Part shown: in pieces, positions 17,559 to 30,200 of the stretch
Numbering within the stretch: position 1 is the stretch's first letter
Layout of the letters: every line of letters starts with the position of its first letter
DNA from: an uncultured Planctomycetia bacterium
Lineage (GTDB): Bacteria > Planctomycetota > Planctomycetia > Pirellulales > S012-138
NCBI GenBank assembly: GCA_963809785.1
Contig: CAWEKV010000002.1
Location: forward strand, 1,006,689 to 1,070,688
Reading direction: 5' to 3'
DNA length: 64,000 nt
Made by a program: the position numbers and the translations under genes
The notes under the pieces: generated by a model
What the model saw: only the letters and a program-made list of their open reading frames with translations
Told to the model about the DNA's origin: nothing
Database searches by the model: none

Positions 17559-20235
17559 GGGCCTGGTCAATTCCAGATGCGCGGTCAGCACCTTCTCGAT
17601 GCGGCTGGACGATTCGGCCAGGTGGGCCTTGGTGTAGGCGTCCAGCTTCAGCTCCTTGCGGTCCTGCACCTGCTTGATCCGCTGGTGCAGCTCCTGCAAC
17701 TGGGCGAAGGCCAGCGTCTGGCAATCTTGCGGGGCCGACGAGTTGCCCAGCACCAGGTTGGAGAGCCGCTTGAGATAGGTGCGCTGGAGATTGCGGCGCA
17801 GGCTGGTGATGGCCGGCTTGCGGACGGTGAACTCGCCCTTTTGCACGCCGTCCAGCTCGCTGAAGACGGCCTTCGTCAGCCGCTCGAGCAGCTCGGCGAC
17901 CGTGAAGGCGTCTTTGTCGGCGGGCACCTTCAGCTCGGCGTCGTGCAGCCGCTCCATCGTCAGCGAAGAGAGAAGCTGGTTGAGCACGCGGTCCTGCCAC
18001 AGCGAGATCACCTCGTGGACGGGGTAATCGACGCGGTCGCGGTCTTCCATGCCCCAGTGGCTCCAGCGCGAGGAGGCCAGGTGGTTGTACAGCTCCGGCG
18101 GGAAGTTGAACGGCTTGTCGCCGAAGATCTGCTCCTCGAGCAGCTTCAGGGCCTCGCGCTGCTTCTCGGCCTCGACGACCACGAACGGCGGCTTGCCGTC
18201 CTTGTCCCCCTTGTGGTGCCGGTGTACGTAGACCCCGCCAATGTAGCGTGCCGCGAAGAACACCCCGCGGCCGTGCTGGGACAGCAGGATGCCGAACGAC
18301 CGCCGGGCTTGCTGATAGCCATCGCCGTCCTTGACAACGTTCTTCACCAGGTCGGGCCACAGCGCGGCCACCGTCTCGGTCAATTGCTTGGCGTAACCGA
18401 TCGGATCGTCGCCCAGGTCGAAGCGGTTCACCAGCGGGTCGGAGTCGATGCCGCGGGTGTCTTCGTCGGTGGCATAGGCGTGCCCCGGCTCGCCGGAGCG
18501 GGCGGCGATCTTCTGCAGCTCCGTCAGCTCGCCCTCCGTGCCGCCGGAAAGCGGCTTGTAGCCGTACTCGATGGCCCAGTAGTCGTACGGGCCGAGGGTC
18601 GTGCGAGTAGTAGTCGCCCTGCTTGGTGCCCTTGGGGGCGAGGTTGATCGGGGTGTAGTCCATCACCGAGGCGACCACGCCAGTGGCGCCGGTCTTCTCC
18701 GTGTTGTGCAGGTCTTTCAGGCTATGGAGCGTGCTGGCCTTGAAGTTGTGCCGCAGGCCGAGCGTGTGGCCGACCTCGTGCATCACGACTTCCTTGAGGC
18801 CCTGCTTCGATCAGCCGGTCGATGGTCGCGGCGGATAGCCCAGGTTGTGCGGCCAGCCAGGTGGAGCCGAAGGCCAGCTCTCGCGAGAAGCCGCGGTGCA
18901 GCTCGCAGCGGCACCCGCGGCCGCCGGAGAGGTGCTGCGGCGAGGCCCGCCGGGCGGCGCGGTAGCTCTCCAGGTCGAGCGGCCCGCCGGTCAGCTCGGC
19001 GATGCCCTGCGGGGTGAAGGTCTCGTACTCGCTCGCTTCCAGACCTGGACGAAATCGGCGTCGAAGATGATGTCGGCGTCGAGAATCTGCCCGGTGATCG
19101 GGTTCACGCGGCTACGGCCCCATCGCGAAGCCGGCGTTGGTCGTGATCCAGCGGAAGGTGTTGTAGCGGATGTCTTCCGGGTCCCACTCGTCGTTGTCGG
19201 GCTGCTGGCGGACCTCGATGGCGTTGGCGAAGCCGATCTTCTCGAAGGCCTTGTTCCATTCCAGGATGCCATCGCGGATCGCCTTGCGGTACTTGAACGG
19301 CACCGTCTTCTCGATCCAGAAGATGATCGGCTTCTTGGGCGGCGACAGCTCGGCCGAGGCGTCGGCCTTCTGCAGGTCCCAGCGGTTGATGTAGCGGACG
19401 AACTGATCCTCGTCGCCCTTGCTTGGAAAAGTCCTTGATGACCGTGAGGAAGTAGCCGACGCGGTCGTCGGCCAGCCGCGGCTGATAGCCGGTGCTGGGC
19501 AGCTCGCTGATCGAATAGTGAACGTTGATCGTCGCGCCGCGGCTATCGGGCACGGTGTCGATCTCTCGCCTGCCGCCGGAGGCGTAGGTGGCCGCGACCT
19601 CCAGCTCGACGTTCTCCTCGCAGCGCCTTGACCGCGGCCCACGTCGACTGCGCGACGACGAGAACGAGAAGCCCGGCAGGACGCTGGAAATCTGCGGCAG
19701 GTCGCTCATGAAGACCGGCGTGAGATCGATCACGTAGTCGCCGCCATTGGGCCCTTGGCCGCGATCGGCAGGGCGATACAGCACGCTGTCGGTGTAGGCC
19801 AGCTTGACGGCCTTCTCCTCGGGCGAGCCGCCCTTGGCGCGTGAAGCGGACGTTGCGGCGGACGATCTGGATGTCGTCGTCCACCTTGCGGAACTGCCAC
19901 AGCCAGTCGTCGCCGAAGCCCCAGGTCATGCCGCCCAGGAGCGACCCCTGGGCGATGCCGCGGGCGATCGAGATGGCAACGATGTAGTCCTTGTTCATGT
20001 TGCCGCTGGCGATCTCCAGGTAGACCTTGCCCTCCTTCTGGTGGGTCTTGATCAGGCCGGTTTGGGTCTTGGCGTCCTTGATGAGGGCGGTGTATTTGGC
20101 TCCCTCGTCGGCCTGGGCCCGCTGCGGGGAGGCGATGCCCAGGGCGAGCAGAATGGCTGCAAGTGGGGCCACAAACCCCAGGGCAGCACGTTGAACTCCG
20201 TGAGGGAAGGCGGAACGGCAGAGATTTGTTCTCAT
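17556..20235 (-). CDS. Secreted zinc-dependent metalloprotease (DUF5117/DUF5118/DUF4953-type), multiply frameshifted
   Basis: HEVGHTLGLRHNF zinc motif, SVMDY Met-turn, PRLADDRVGYF, YINRW.L.K, PIIFWI, WNKAFEKIGF, DIRYN, NPITGQILDADI; signal peptide. Confidence 0.88.
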
Positions 20236-20563
20236 CGAGTCATCCCGTCAAAAGTGGTCGTCCACGGCATTCTGCGCATGGAGCGATACAAAAAAACGGG
20301 GGCGAAACAGGAGGCCCCCGTAAACATAGCCTATTCTGCTTTTCTTGCCGAAATCGTGCAACCCTAACATGATACGGCCGGCGGAGGCGATTAGTTCGGG
20401 GAGGCAATGTGGCGAGCGTCGAGGCGTCAGCCCCACGTGAAGAAGTGGCGATTGCTGCCCGCTCGGTCGCTAAAGGTGCCGGCTTTACGCCGGGATAGAG
20501 CTTTGCGGCGATTAAGGGCCTTAATCTCCGCACCCCCCGCTTACGCCCTACCTTGTTGCCATG

Positions 20564-22736
20564 TCAAAAACCAACGTCCCAGAGCAGCACTTCCCCCTGA
20601 CCGGTGGTGGCCAGGGTTTTTCCATCCGGGCTGAAGCAGGCGGAGTGGGGAAAGCCTTGGGGGAGCACGAGCGTTTCCCGCACCTGGCCGGTCGCGGGGT
20701 CGATGAGGTGAACTCGTGCCTGCGGCAATTCCTCGGCCCGCGGCTCCGGAAAAGGCGCACGAAGGTTGAGCTCGTGCGAGATCACGGCGATCCGGCGGCC
20801 ATCCGGGCTGAAGGCCGGCTTGCGGACGAATCCCTGCTTGCCCAAGACGATGGTCGATTTGAGCCGCCTGGCGGCAACGTCGATAAGAAACAGCTTCATC
20901 TGCGGAACGCGCTCGTTTCCGATGGCGAGGGTCTCGCCGTTGGGCGAGAAGGTCATCAAGGAAAACGGGTCGGTCAGATCGCCTTCGAGGGAGCCCAGCT
21001 CTTCCAGGTTGGCGGCGTTCCAGAACTTCAGCCACTGTCGGCCGCGCTTTACCGCCCGAACCTGCCCCACGAGCAGCTTGCCGTCCGGGGAAAAGACGAT
21101 GAAAGCGACCGACGCTCCCTTCTCGAGCGAGATCGAGGCCTCGTCTTTGCCTGTCGCCACGTTGAACAGCTTGAGGCCGTAGGCGTTCGCCTTTTCGTCA
21201 TAGGTCCAGACGGCAAGTCGCTTGCTGTCCGGGGAAAAGCTCGGCAGCAGGAGATCCTGTTTGCCTAGCGGCCGGCCTTGACCTGTCCGCAAGTCCCACA
21301 GGCTGGCTGCCTGCTGCGGTGACCCCTCCGATTCGCCGCCGAGGTGTTCCGCCGAGAACAACGTCGAGCCGTCGGGCGAAAGATCGATCACCGACGTGCC
21401 GCGCGGCGGGGAGTGCTGATACGTCGCGAGCAGCTTCCCGGTGCTCACGTCCCAAGCTTGCGGGGAACCCGCGACGTCCCAGCGATACCAACGCTTGCCG
21501 TCCTTCTCAATAGCCGTGCGTTTTCGCTTCCCCTCGGGGAGCGTGTAGATCGTCTGCCAGTCCGGCGAGACAAAATAGAAATCCGTGGTGCTACGATAGC
21601 CTTGCCCTGCCTCGATCTTGCCAAGTTGCCGGCCGCTCTGGGGGTCCCAGATCTGGATCGTGCCTCCCGGCAAGTCGGCGGAAACGATCTTCTTGCCATC
21701 GGGGGAATAGCCGAGCCCGACGAGGTTTCCTTTCCTGTTTGGGATGGACCAGCTTCCGCTTCAGGCGTGTGGAGACGGGTTCGAGCTTCACACCGCGCGG
21801 CGGGGCGACGACGGCGATTTCATGCACCGTGGGCGCGACGTTGCCCTCCTTCCAGGCGGCAAACGAGATCGTCACTTCGGCGTTGCCAAGGCCGACGGTT
21901 TCCGGGACCCGAACCGGGCCGTGCAGGTTGACTGTTCAACACCGCTCTTGGAGCAGATACGACTCCTTCAGAGGCGCTTCGCCCGAGCGCGATGCAAATG
22001 TGACCTCCAGTTTAGGATAAGCCTTCTCCGGAATGAGGTCTTCATAAGCCACGCAAGCGGTCGTGCCCGACCCCACGCCCCGCGTGCCTACGACCAGCAC
22101 GACCTCTGACTCTCGGCCCGCGGTGAAGCGGTGGCTGCCGCTGAGGGTTACCTGCCATGGGCCGGCGAAGTGGACGAGCGGCGCGTCCTGCGGCCGATCC
22201 GCGAACTGAAGGACGCCTCGATCGTCCAGGGGCAGCACGCGTTGCTGCACGCGACCCCCAAGCCCGGAGCCTTTTCGGGGAGGCATTTCACTCTCGATCC
22301 GCAGGTCGTAGCCGCGCCCACCGGGCTGCTTGGCGAGGAAGTTCTTGACCGACGTGTCGAGGTCGGCCATGTGGTCGATCTTCCTCACGGCCACGTGGAA
22401 GCTCTTGTGCAGCAGCTTGCCGTCGCGGATGTCGCCCACGTCAAATTGAAATTGGCGATCGTCCGCGTCGCTGTGCTCCTTGTTCGCGGCGATTCGCTCT
22501 CCGTCCTCGGCCAAATCGCCGTTGCCGTTGCGATCGACATACAGCGTATCGTGGTCCTGTGCCAGCCAGACGCGGGTCTTGGCCTCCGGGCCGAACACCA
22601 GCAGGCAATACTTGACCGACTTGGACTTGTACGTCGGCTCTTTGCCAATCGAGCGGTCGATCTTCGTGAGGTCTGCGGCTGACGCTGTAGCCGCCCACAG
22701 CAAGATCGTTGCGGATACGAGCAAGTGGGATGCCAT
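20564..22736 (-). CDS. Secreted protein with N-terminal unknown domain, in-frame Cys-UGA (candidate selenocysteine) and C-terminal WD40 propeller (frameshift near 21740)
   Basis: ORF 21936-22736 ends LLQERC-TGA and the same frame stays open (TVNLHGPVRVPETVGLG...). It then joins the WD40 ORF 20564-21673 (SPDG repeats) through a 1-bp shift. Confidence 0.7.
21906..21938 (-). promoter_or_regulatory. UGA plus candidate bacterial SECIS hairpin
   Basis: UGA at 21938-21936; hairpin GGCCCG-GUU-CGGGUC at +16..+30, with a G-initiated apical loop at about +21/+22. Confidence 0.5.
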
Positions 22737-22836
22737 AAGGGGCCTCCGAGAAAGGTAAGGCCAAGCTCGGGCAGCGTCAGAGACGGCCGATTATCGTTCG
22801 TTAACGCAACGGCTGCAACGCAGTCCTATTGCGGTT

Positions 22837-24253
22837 TTAGCCACGCTTCAGCGCGACGGGCTGGCCGGTAGTTTTCATCTCCCACGATTCAAGCACCTTG
22901 TCGTCATCCAGGACCGCCTCGGCCCGCAGCGTGTCGCCGTCGATCTCCATGCGTAGATAGTGCAGCACGGAAGCGTGAAGGACGTTCCAGTCGGCTTCGA
23001 GGTGCCGCTTGAAGGGATATGCCGCCCCGCCGCTGATGACTTGCACGGAGCCACCGTCAGCGCACGGCGCGTGGCGTTGTCGATCCGCCAGGTCCTTTGA
23101 TAGCTGTGGTCGTGGCCGGAGATGACCATCGCCACGCCATAACGGTCGAACAATCGCCCAAAATCGCGCTGGAACTCCGGCCGGCAAGGATAACGGCCTA
23201 CCGTGTGCATCGGCTGATGGAAGAAAGCGATCTTCCACGGCGCGCTGGTGCGCGCAGGTCCGCTTCCAGCCAGGCAAGCTGCTCGTCGTAGGCGAACAAT
23301 TCGGGGAACTTGGCGTCGGTCGGGTCCCCCTTTCGGTCGCTTTTCTGCCGCAGCTCCGTGCACAGCGCCACGAAATGCGCATGGGCCACGTCAAAGGAGT
23401 AATAATAGGGCGGCTTTGCCTCGCCCGCCTTGTTGTGCTGCTGTGCCGCAAGATTGGCGAAATAACTGGGTGCCCAGATGTGCTGGCCAGCCTTGATATC
23501 GTGGTTCCCCAGGGCCGGCGCCACGAACGCCGAGGCGCACACATCGTGCCCCAGCGCGAAGAAGCGGGGCCATCCCCTGCGGCCGTCCATTCGGAAGCCC
23601 CAGCTGTCGTGCACGATATCGCCCACGTGCAGCACCAGCGGCGGGCCCCATTCTCGAATGCTTTTGAAGAGGCGGCGGTTGACGTCGGCCCAGGCCTGAT
23701 CCGGGCCGGTGGTCGCATGCGTATCGCCGACCACCGCGAACCGCACTTTCGTGGCCGTGCGGGCGGGCAGCGTGCGAAACGTATAGGTCTTGCCGGCATA
23801 GCGAAAGGTGCCGCCAGACGAAGTCAGGGCGCACTGGTAGGGCGTGTCGGGGTTCAGTCCTTTCAGCGTGACCGAGCGGAACTGAAGGTCTTTGTTCAGG
23901 TCCGTTTCGCCCGGCAAACGAAGAGACTCCGCAAAGGGCTCGGTCAGCCCCTTGCGAGCGATCACCTCCCAGCCGATGGTGGCCCCGGTATCGCTCAGCC
24001 AACCGATGATAGGGCCGCTCAACAGCGAAAACGGCACTTCCCCTGATTTCGCCGCCGGGTCCTTAAGCGGTTCGGTCCACTCGATGCTTCGCGCTGCCGG
24101 CTCGTCGGCCCGCGCCACGGCAAGGAATAGCCCGCTCGCTGCCGCGCCGGCCGTACCGCCCAGCACGCGGGCCAACATCGTGCGGCGACAAACCGGCGGG
24201 CCAAAGAGCGCCTGGGATGCCGCGGCATCATCGGCAGGAAGTGTGGTCGTCAT
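22837..24253 (-). CDS. Metallophosphoesterase (purple-acid-phosphatase-like, FN3-like N-domain), possible Tat signal; frameshifted
   Basis: VVGDTH, HVGDIV, LGNHD, YYSFD, FFHQP and SGHDHSYQR motifs; RRTML plus hydrophobic stretch. Confidence 0.87.
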
Positions 24254-24470
24254 TTGATGCCAAGTCGTTCCAGCTCGAAGTAGGTCTTGCCCTTGTAGCG
24301 GTTTTGGAGCGGCCAGCAGCCATCAGGCGCCTCGCTGCTTCGGACGAAGTTAATTGCCTCGACGAAGCGTGGCTCCGCGGGCGCGCCGGCGGTTGGAATA
24401 ATCCAGCGCGCGTAGGATATCGTAGTGCCAGCGCGGCGGGAAGGAGAAGCGAAGGAAGATCGGCTTGATG
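24250..24470 (-). pseudogene. Orphan C-terminal fragment of a prenyltransferase/squalene-cyclase-like conserved protein
   Basis: Two frames read FLRFSFPPRWHYDILRALDY and EPRFVEAINFVRS....DGCWPLQNRY.GKTYFELE..G. No N-terminal part upstream. Confidence 0.6.
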
Positions 24471-24587
24471 ACCGCTGTGCCAGATCACGGCCCACGCGTC
24501 GGCTGGTCGATTCACCAACCGGCGTGGCCAAACGCGTCCGTGATCATGTGCAGAAGGTCATCGAGCAAATACTTCCCTGAGCGCCGC

Positions 24588-25877
24588 TTACGCCGCGGCC
24601 AGCGTCGGATAGGCAAAGCCCGTCGCCGCGTCGTTCCAGCGGCGGAGCGTCATGGCCACGAGGTGGCCGCCGAAGGCGACCGAGAGCTTCAGCGCGTTGT
24701 CGAACCGCAGCCGCCGGCCGACTAGCGGGATGCAATCCAGGTCGCAGGCCGGATCGGGGTCGGTCAGGTTGATGGTCGGCGGCGTGAAGCCGTCGCGGAG
24801 GGCCAGCGCCGTCGAGCGCCAGCTCCACGCTGCCCGAGGCGTTGACCAGGTGCCCTAACATCGACTTGACGGAGCTGACGCTCACGCGGCGCGCCGCATG
24901 TCCCAGCGCCAGGCGGATGCCGCGGATTTCGGCCGGGTCGTTCTGCTGCGTGCCGGTGCCGTGGGCATTGATGTAGCTGATCTCGTCGGGCGCCAGATGG
25001 GCGGCCCGCAGCGTGATGTTGATCAGGTGGGCCAGCGTGTCGGAGCCTTCGTCGATGCCGGTGACGTGGAAGGCCTCGGCGAGCATCTTGCCGGCGGTGA
25101 TCTCGGCGTAGATTCTCGCGCCCGCTCCGCGGCGTGGCTGAGCCGTTCGAGCACGAGCATGGCGGCCCCCTCTCCCATCACGAAACCGCGGCGATTGACG
25201 TCGAAGGGGCGGCAGGCCTGCGTCGGGTCTTCGTGATGGGCCAGCGCCTTCATCTGATAGAACCCGGCGGCCAAGAGGGGATGAATGACCTCCGAGCTGC
25301 CCACCAAGGCGATGTCGCACTGATTGTCGCGCAGCCCGCGGTAGGCCATGAGGATTTCCACCAGGCCGCTGGCGCAGGCGGTGGAATGGGTGAGCCGCGG
25401 GCCGTAAAGGCCATAGTGGCGGGCCAGGTGCCAGCAGGTCGTGTTGCCCAGCCATTGCTGCCACCATGGCACGGCACGCGGATCGACCAGGTGATCCATG
25501 CCCAGCTTGAGCGCCAGGCCGCTGGTGTCGCCAAAGTGCATGCTGACGCCGCAGCCGAAGCGGTGTCGATCCACGGTTCGCCAGTCCACGCAGGCATCGC
25601 GCAGCGCCTCGTCCGCCGCCTGCAGCGACAGCGGGATGTTTCTGAGCTGACCGGGCACTTCCGGCTCGATATCCACCCGAGCGCCGACCAGCAGGCCGTC
25701 GGGAATGCCGTGCAAGCCGCATAGCCGCCGCACGCCGCTGCGCCCTTGCTGCACGGCGTGCCACACGCTCTCCCGGTCGCGGCCCAGCGACGTAATCATG
25801 CCGATGCCGGTGATGACAATCGGCTCATCCTCGCGTGCTGGCGCGTCGTGAGGCGGATAGGTGCGGAAGACGGGCAT
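24588..25877 (-). CDS. Beta-ketoacyl-ACP synthase (FabF-like), frameshifted
   Basis: IVITGIGMITSLG, TACASG, CRPFD..R.GFVMGEGA, YINAHGTGT..ND, KSMLGH and SVAFGGH motifs. Confidence 0.9.
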
Positions 25878-25914
25878 GGCGGCGGTGCTATGCGGGAAGA
25901 CAGCCCAGAGGAAG

Positions 25915-26012
25915 CATCGATCCCGAACGTCCAACGTCCAACATCGAACGTCCAACATCGAACGAGACGCACGTCGTTGGATGTTCGATGTTGGACGTTG
26001 GACGTTGGACGT
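25915..26012. repeat. Heptamer/14-mer inverted tandem array (CATCGAA/CGTCCAA)
   Basis: aacgtccaacgtccaacatcgaacgtccaacatcgaac ... gttggatgttcgatgttggacgttggacgttggacgtt. Confidence 0.85.
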
Positions 26013-26180
26013 TCATTACGAAGATGGATGAGTCGCGGGTTCTGCTAGCGGTCGTCAGCTCCCCGCCAACCGTCTCATGCCTCCCAAGCGCTGCGACCGA
26101 TAGATAGTTCGTTCCGGACCGCGCCGGCGCTGGCTATTGCGGCACGTGGGAAGCGGCCCTTCTAGGGAGGAAGGCGCAGC

Positions 26181-27242
26181 ATGTCGAGACCGCTTTTCTT
26201 GGCGGCGTTGCTAGGGACCACGCTGGCGACGCAGGCGGTGTGGGCGCAGAACGTCCGCACCGTCGATCCGGTGCTGACCATCCGCGTGGCCCGCGACGAG
26301 CGGGCCGTGAACGACCCGGCTACGCCTGGCGCGGTGGTGTCTTCCGTGAGCCTGTCGCCCGATGGCGGCACGTTGGCCGCGGTGGGCGACGACCACGTGG
26401 TGCGCACGTTTGCGATCGACGGCCGACGCTTGCACGAGATGAGCGGCCACCAGCGCTGGGTCCGCGGGGCTGCCTTCAGTCTCGACGGGCAATCGCTGAT
26501 CACAGCCGACGAGGACCGCAAGATCATCTTCTGGGACGTCCTGACCCGCAAAGCCAGGCACGAAATGAACGCCGGCCTGCAAATCTACGGCCTGGCGTTG
26601 AACCCCACGGCCGACCAGTTCGCCGTCGTCGGCTTCGGCCAGAACGTGCGGCTGATCGACAGCAGCGGGCAATCCGTGAGCGAGCTGCCCGCGCCGGGCC
26701 GCGACACGCGGGCCGTGGCCTTCTCGCCTGATGGCCGGTCGCTGGCCGCCGGTGCCCGCAACGGCAAGCTTTCCGTGTGGCGGCTGCCGCAGACCGCCCC
26801 GGTCATCGACTCCTTGGCCGCCGATCGCCGTCCGCTGTATGCCGTGGCGTTCTCGCCCGACGGGCAATGGGTCGCCACCGGCGGCGACAGCGAGCTCATC
26901 GGCATCTGGAACGCGCAAACCGGCAAGAAACGGCTCTCGATCCGCCGCACGGGTAAAACGCGCTCGTTGCTCTTCGTGGGACCAGACCTGCTGGCGGCCG
27001 GCGGGACCGACAACAAGATCCGCATCTGGGACCTGGCCCGCGTGGAAAAGCTGCCCTCCGGCAATGACGTGCACGTGGAAGATACGCAGCTCGTCGGCCA
27101 TCAAGGCTCGGTGACGACGCTGGTCCACGATCCGCGGCAGCAGACGATCATCTCCGGCAGCTACGACACGACGATCCGCGTCTGGAGCCTGAAGCCGGGC
27201 GCGCCGCGGACAACCAATGCGGAGCAAGGAACGACTCGGTAG
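26181..27242 (+). CDS. Secreted WD40-repeat protein
   Basis: Signal peptide; repeated FSPDG, GH..WV, IRIWD and SGSYDTTIRVW. Confidence 0.9.
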   Translation: MSRPLFLAALLGTTLATQAVWAQNVRTVDPVLTIRVARDERAVNDPATPGAVVSSVSLSPDGGTLAAVGDDHVVRTFAIDGRRLHEMSGHQRWVRGAAFSLDGQSLITADEDRKIIFWDVLTRKARHEMNAGLQIYGLALNPTADQFAVVGFGQNVRLIDSSGQSVSELPAPGRDTRAVAFSPDGRSLAAGARNGKLSVWRLPQTAPVIDSLAADRRPLYAVAFSPDGQWVATGGDSELIGIWNAQTGKKRLSIRRTGKTRSLLFVGPDLLAAGGTDNKIRIWDLARVEKLPSGNDVHVEDTQLVGHQGSVTTLVHDPRQQTIISGSYDTTIRVWSLKPGAPRTTNAEQGTTR

Positions 27243-27292
27243 GCATTCCTTCGACATTCGCGCTTAGACATTCGTCATTCACCGTTTGAAAC

Positions 27293-30200
27293 GTGACGCA
27301 CGACAGCAACTCACGGAGCACTCTCGTGGGCCTATTCAATCTCGTCCGTTCGCTCAGCAAGTCGCGCGCGATCAGCGGCCGCCGCTCCGTCGAGCGGGTT
27401 TGCCGCTTCGAAGAGCTGGAGCCGCGGATCGCCCTCTCGGCCACGCCCGGGCCGGAGATCGTCGTCGGCGCCACCTATACCGAGCAATCGATGCCCGAGG
27501 CGGCTGGCGACCGGTTCGAGGTCGCCTGGGTCGGCGGGGCCGAGGGCACGCAGTTGACCCAGCTCACCATCAGCGGCGACCAGGACGGCAGCGGAGGCCT
27601 CTCCATCGGCGACGTGTTCTTCGATCCCGATGCCAACGCGCCGGGCGTCAACGACTTCTCGAGCTTCAACATCCTGCCGGAATCGAACATCACGGCGGCC
27701 CAAATCCAGTCGATGTCCATCACCAATGGCGGCACGACGCTCACGCTGCAGGTCACCGGCTGGGACGCCGGGGAAAAGCTCGTCTTTACCATCGACGTGG
27801 ACGAGCAAGACAACGTGCCCAATACGCAGGTCGAGGGGGCCGAGTTCGAGCCTTCGCTGCTCACCGCCACGTTCGTCACGCCCGACGGCAGCTACCAGGA
27901 CCTCACCAGCGGCGGCAGCCCCGGCGGCACGTACCGCGATGCCTACACCGTGCCGGTCGGGCTAGGCAACCTATTGACCGCCGACTCGGGCACCCAAGAG
28001 AACGACCCGCGGGCCGGCCTGAGCTTCACCGATCGGCAAACGCCCAACCCCATCCACATCAGCGGCAACGTCTATCACGACTTCGACCTGGACGCCAACC
28101 GCGACGCCAGCGAAGTCACCGTCACCGATCCGGGCGGCAGTCACCTGCCCGTCGAGCTGGAGCTGTTCATCAAGGACGGCTCGAACTGGGTGAGCACCGG
28201 GCTGACGACCTTCACGGACACGAATGGCGACTACGAGTTCGTGCACGACCAGTTCGGCGAGTTCCAGGTCCGCGAGACGCAGCCGGACGGCTACTTCAGC
28301 ACGACGCCCAACGTGCAGACGACGCCCTTCCTCGGACCGGGCCAGAGCAGCACGGGCCACGACTTCGGCGAAGCCCTGCCCGGCGTGCTGAGCGGGCACG
28401 TGTACCACGATATCGACAACGACGGCGTGTTCGACAGCGGCGCCGGCGAGAACGCCCTCAGCGGCGTGACGGTCACGCTGCGAGACTCGGCCGGCAACCT
28501 CATCGGCACCGACCACACCGACGCCGGCGGCTTCTACGAGTTCGCGGAGCTCGATCCGACGCTGGCCTACACGATCACCGAGACCCAGCCCGGCACGCAC
28601 CTGGATGGCAAAGACACGCTCGGCACGGCCGGCGGCGATGACTCGACCAACAACGTCTTCCGCGAGATCGCCTTCACCCACAGCGGCGATTCGGGCACCG
28701 ACTACGACTTCGGCGAAATCCTGCCGGCCAGCATCGCGGGGAAAGTCTTCCTCGATAAGGACGGCGACTGCGAGCAACAAGAGGGCGAGCCGGGCATCGC
28801 CGGCGTGCTGATCGAGCTGCTGGATGGCTCCGGCAACCCGGTGCTCGACGGCGCCGGCAATCCGATCACCACGCTCACCGATGCCAACGGCGAATACCAC
28901 TTCGACGATCTCGACCCGCGGCTGACCTACCAGATCAAGGAGAATCAGCCTGACGGATACCTCGACAGCGGCGAAGAGCCGGGCACGGCGGGCGGCGTCG
29001 TGCTCGTCAACGACATCATCTCGGAGATCCATTTGCAGCCGGGCGAGCACGCCACGGACTATCACTTCTGCGAAAACGAGCCGCCGAGCATCGCCGGCAA
29101 GGTGTTTCTCGACAAAGACGGCGACTGCGAACAACAGGAGGGCGAGCCGGGCATCGCTGGCGTGCTGATCGAGCTGCTGGATGGCTCCGGCAACCCCGTA
29201 CTCGACGGCTCGGGCAATCCGATCACCACGCTCACCGATGTCAACGGCGAGTACCGCTTCGATAATCTGCTGCCGAACGTGACGTACCAGATCAAGGAGA
29301 ACCAGCCGACGCAGTACCTCGACAGCGGCGAGGAGCCCGGCACCGCCGGCGGCGTGGTGCTGGTCAACGACATCATCTCGGAGATTCAGTTGCAGCCGGG
29401 CGAGCACGCGACGGACTATCACTTCTGCGAAAACGAGCGGCCGACGATCTCCGGCTACGTGTTCCAGGACGGCCCGCCGATCGAGCTGGCCGACGGGCAA
29501 GACCCCGCCAGCGTCAATCCGTATACGCTGCGCGACGGCGTGAAGACGCCCGACGATACGCCGCTGGCCGGAGTGGTGCTGCGGCTGGGCGATGCCGAGG
29601 GCAACTTCCTCACCGACGGCAGCGGCAACTTCATCGAGACCGTCACCGACGAAAACGGCTTCTACGAGTTCACCGGGCTGGATGCGACCACCTACACCGT
29701 CTTCCAGATGCATCCCTCCGGCTATCGCGACAGCATCGATACGCCGGGCAGCACCGGCGGCACCGCGGCCAACCCGGCGAACCTGGGTCATCCCGATCTG
29801 GCGGGCATGTCTCACAGTATGGACGCCATCGCGCACATCACGGTCACGGCCGGCCAGAACTCGCAGAACAACAACTTCAGCGAAGTGGTCATGGTCGAGC
29901 TGCCGCCTCCGCCTCCGCCGCCCCCACCGCCTCCGCCTCCACCTCCACCCTCGCCGCCGCTGCCCGGTCCGCTCGGTCCGTTGCCCACGGGCATGGGCCC
30001 CGGCCCCGGCCTCGCGCCGCCGCTGCCGCCGCCGGGCGGTGGGGCCGCGAACCTGGTGTTCTATGGGGGCGGTGCGCCGATCACGCCCACGGCGCCGGGC
30101 TACACCTTCCACCTCAGCGTGACCGACTGCGGCCGCCCGCGCGGCGAGTTCCAGACGGCCGCCCTGACCGACGGCGCCATGCGCACGGCGGGGCTGCTCA

